From NCBI RefSeq assembly GCF_032191835.1, contig NC_083243.1:183768001-183832000 (forward strand): a stretch of DNA of 64,000 nucleotides, given 5' to 3'. The DNA comes from Heteronotia binoei. Taxonomy: Eukaryota. Both the position numbers and the translations under genes were made by a program. Positions 61,660 to 64,000 of this stretch are shown here, piece after piece. Below the pieces are notes generated by a model. It was not told the origin of the DNA. It made no database searches and saw nothing but the letters and a program-made list of their open reading frames with translations. How positions within the stretch are numbered: position 1 is the first letter of the stretch; every line of letters begins with the position of its first letter.

Positions 61660-64000
61660 CATTAAAATATTTTTATAAACTGAAAGGGCCTCCACTGTGA
61701 ATAGGAAAGGATCTGAAAACCAGAGAGACTAGAGAAATTAAAAAAATGAGACCAAAGGAACAGCTGTTTCCTCCAGAGGCAATTAAAAAGCAAAAAAAAT
61801 AATAAAACTCCAAATTTAGACGGGCTCCCAATTGAATTCTATAAGTGTTTTGAAGAAAAACTACTATTACCGTATAAAAGGGTGCTAGAAGGGATACATG
61901 AAACCACCAAGATGCCAGAGTCATGGAAGGAATGCGTTAATCTCACTTCTTCATAAGGAAGGAACAGACCCAGCTGAGATAAAGAATTATAGACCGATTT
62001 CGTTGTTAAACGCAGACTATAAAATTTTTGCGACTATATTAACAAATAGGTTTTAAAAAAATATCCCAGATATTATATATGAAGACCAGACAGGTTTTAT
62101 ACCAGGAAGAGAAATGAAACAAAATATAAGAATGATTATGAATATTATTGAATACTATAAGGAACATCCAGAAAAACAGTTTGCGGCAATTACACTCGAC
62201 GCAGAAAAAGCATTTGATAATGTTAATTGGAGCTTCATTTTTAAAGTCTTGAGAACGATCAGTTGTGGAGAAAATTATATAAGATTAGTGAAATCAATAT
62301 ATACAAGTCAAAGAGCAAGAATAAATGTAAATGGTGTACTATCTAATTCTATAACAATTGGAAAAGGAACCAGGCAAGGATACCCGTTGTCACCTATCCT
62401 CTTTGTATTCTTAGAACCCTTTTTACAAAAAATAAGAGACAACTCAGAGATTAAAGGAGTTAAAGTGAAGAAAGAAGTTTATAAAACCCTAGCCTTTGCT
62501 GATGATATTTTAATTGTTCTTGAGGATCCAAATGGTTCTATTCAAAGTCTGAAGGAAGATTTAAAACAATATAAAGTAGTAGCAGGATTTAAGGTTAATT
62601 ACCAAAAAACTAAATTCGTATCAAAAAACATGACAGAAGAACAAATATTGGAATTTGAAACTAAATCAGGATTTAGTTGGGGGTGGGTGGGAATGAAATA
62701 CTTGGGTATTAATTTAACAACGGAACTGAAAACTCTGGTAAGGGATAATTATGACAAAATATTAAGAGAAGTCAAATTTGATTTGGAAAGGTGGCGTGAA
62801 TTGCAAATCTCCTTATCAGGGAGAGTGGCCTCAGTTAAAATGATGTGCTTCCAAGAATTTTATTTTTATTTCAAATGATACCGATTATTATACCCAAGTC
62901 TTTTTTTCAGCAATTAAATAAAATAGTGACAAAGTTTATCTGGCAAAACAGAAAACCCAGGATTAAGTTAAAAATCATGCAGGACAGTAAAGAAAGGGGG
63001 GGGGGGTTGCCTTACCAGACTGGCAGACCTACCACAAAGCATGCGTCTTGTCCTGGATTAAAGACTGTCTGTTGTTAAAAAATAAAAGACTTCTAATGTT
63101 GGAAGGTGCTGACCTGACAAGGGGGTGGCACTCATATATTTGGTATGAGGCACCTAAAAAAGGAAGCATTTTTCTTAGACATGAGGTAAGGAAATCTCTG
63201 TTTAAGACATGGTTGGAAGTTAAAAACCAAGTATATAGATACACTCCCAAATGGATTTCCCCTATAGAAGCATCTGTGCAACCCAACCTTTTTTTGTTGG
63301 GAAGAGAACCAGGAATATTTACTAGATACTAAAAATAATTTGAAGATTGATGAAAATTTTAAAATAGATTGGTGGCTCCAAATGCATATCAAATCAAGAT
63401 ATAAAGTGGATAAGGGGGTAGGCTTCGCTAAAAACTTAAATGAATTCGATCTTATCATAGTGGGATCAGATCGAAAATTGATCTCTAAAATTTATTGTTG
63501 GTTATTAGGACTGAAAATGCAGGATGAAGGTGTGAAGGAGAGCTGGATTAAATGGCTGCAGGAGTTTGGTTATAATATTGAATTAACTGAATGGGAGAAA
63601 ATACGAAGGGAAAATTTAAAATTGACTAAATCCTCTCTCTTTAAAGAAAATTTATACAAGATGGCATACCGTTGGTATTATACTCCGGAAAAGCTTTCTA
63701 GAGCTTTCCCAAACACTTCTGATAAATGCTGGAAATGTGGTAAAGTCAAAGGAACATTATACCACATGTGGTGGAAATGCGAACTGGCTAAAAAATATTG
63801 GGTGCAGATTTCTCTCTGGACTCAAAAGATATTAAAGATGCAAATTACTCATGTACCGGAACTATATTTATTAAATGTATGCAGAATGTCAATATCTAAA
63901 GCAGCGAAAAAGTTACTGCTTCATATTGTTACAGTAGCGAGAATAGTGTATGCCAAATACTGGAAGTCGTCTCAAATACCAAATAGGGAGGAATTCATGT
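61660..64000 (+). mobile_element. L1-clade LINE ORF2 (RT and C-terminal CCHC), frameshifted, runs off the window
   Basis: DGLPIEFYK, NYRPISLLNADYKI, DQTGFIPGR, LDAEKAFD, RQGYPLSP, FADD, MKYLGI and CWKCGKVKGTLYHMWWKC; no endonuclease domain seen upstream. Confidence 0.92.

Overview
Vertebrate genomic DNA, almost certainly from a squamate and most likely a gecko (inferred from Sauria/Squam1-, Squam2- and Squam3-type SINEs, a 5S-derived SINE and L2/CR1/hAT content). The only host coding sequence I can support is one 111-bp minus-strand exon (15442-15552) encoding the start of the F5/8-type-C domain of a contactin-associated protein, most like CNTNAP4 exon 2. The rest of the window therefore appears to be large introns filled with transposable elements. 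These include a 3-kb defective hAT element with TIRs and an 8-bp TSD, many hAT and PIF/Harbinger-type MITEs, Penelope-like GIY-YIG fragments, L2, CR1 and L1 fragments, three solo LTRs and tRNA/5S SINEs. The most interesting structure is a ~7-kb decayed Ngaro-type tyrosine-recombinase retrotransposon (48809-55822, minus). It has complete split direct repeats (A1-ORFs-B1-A2-spacer-B2) and an SGNH-hydrolase frame that lacks its own start codon and sits directly behind a strong 3' splice site. Three 'solo' A-spacer-B relatives of it lie elsewhere in the window. Also notable: a ~545-bp-arm inverted duplication 230 bp upstream of the exon's acceptor, a recurrent dimeric Squam3-like SINE, and a templated 39-bp filler inside an L2 RT. 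Two N gaps: 26011-26150 and 44424-44826. All coordinates and identities were read by eye; no database searches were run.
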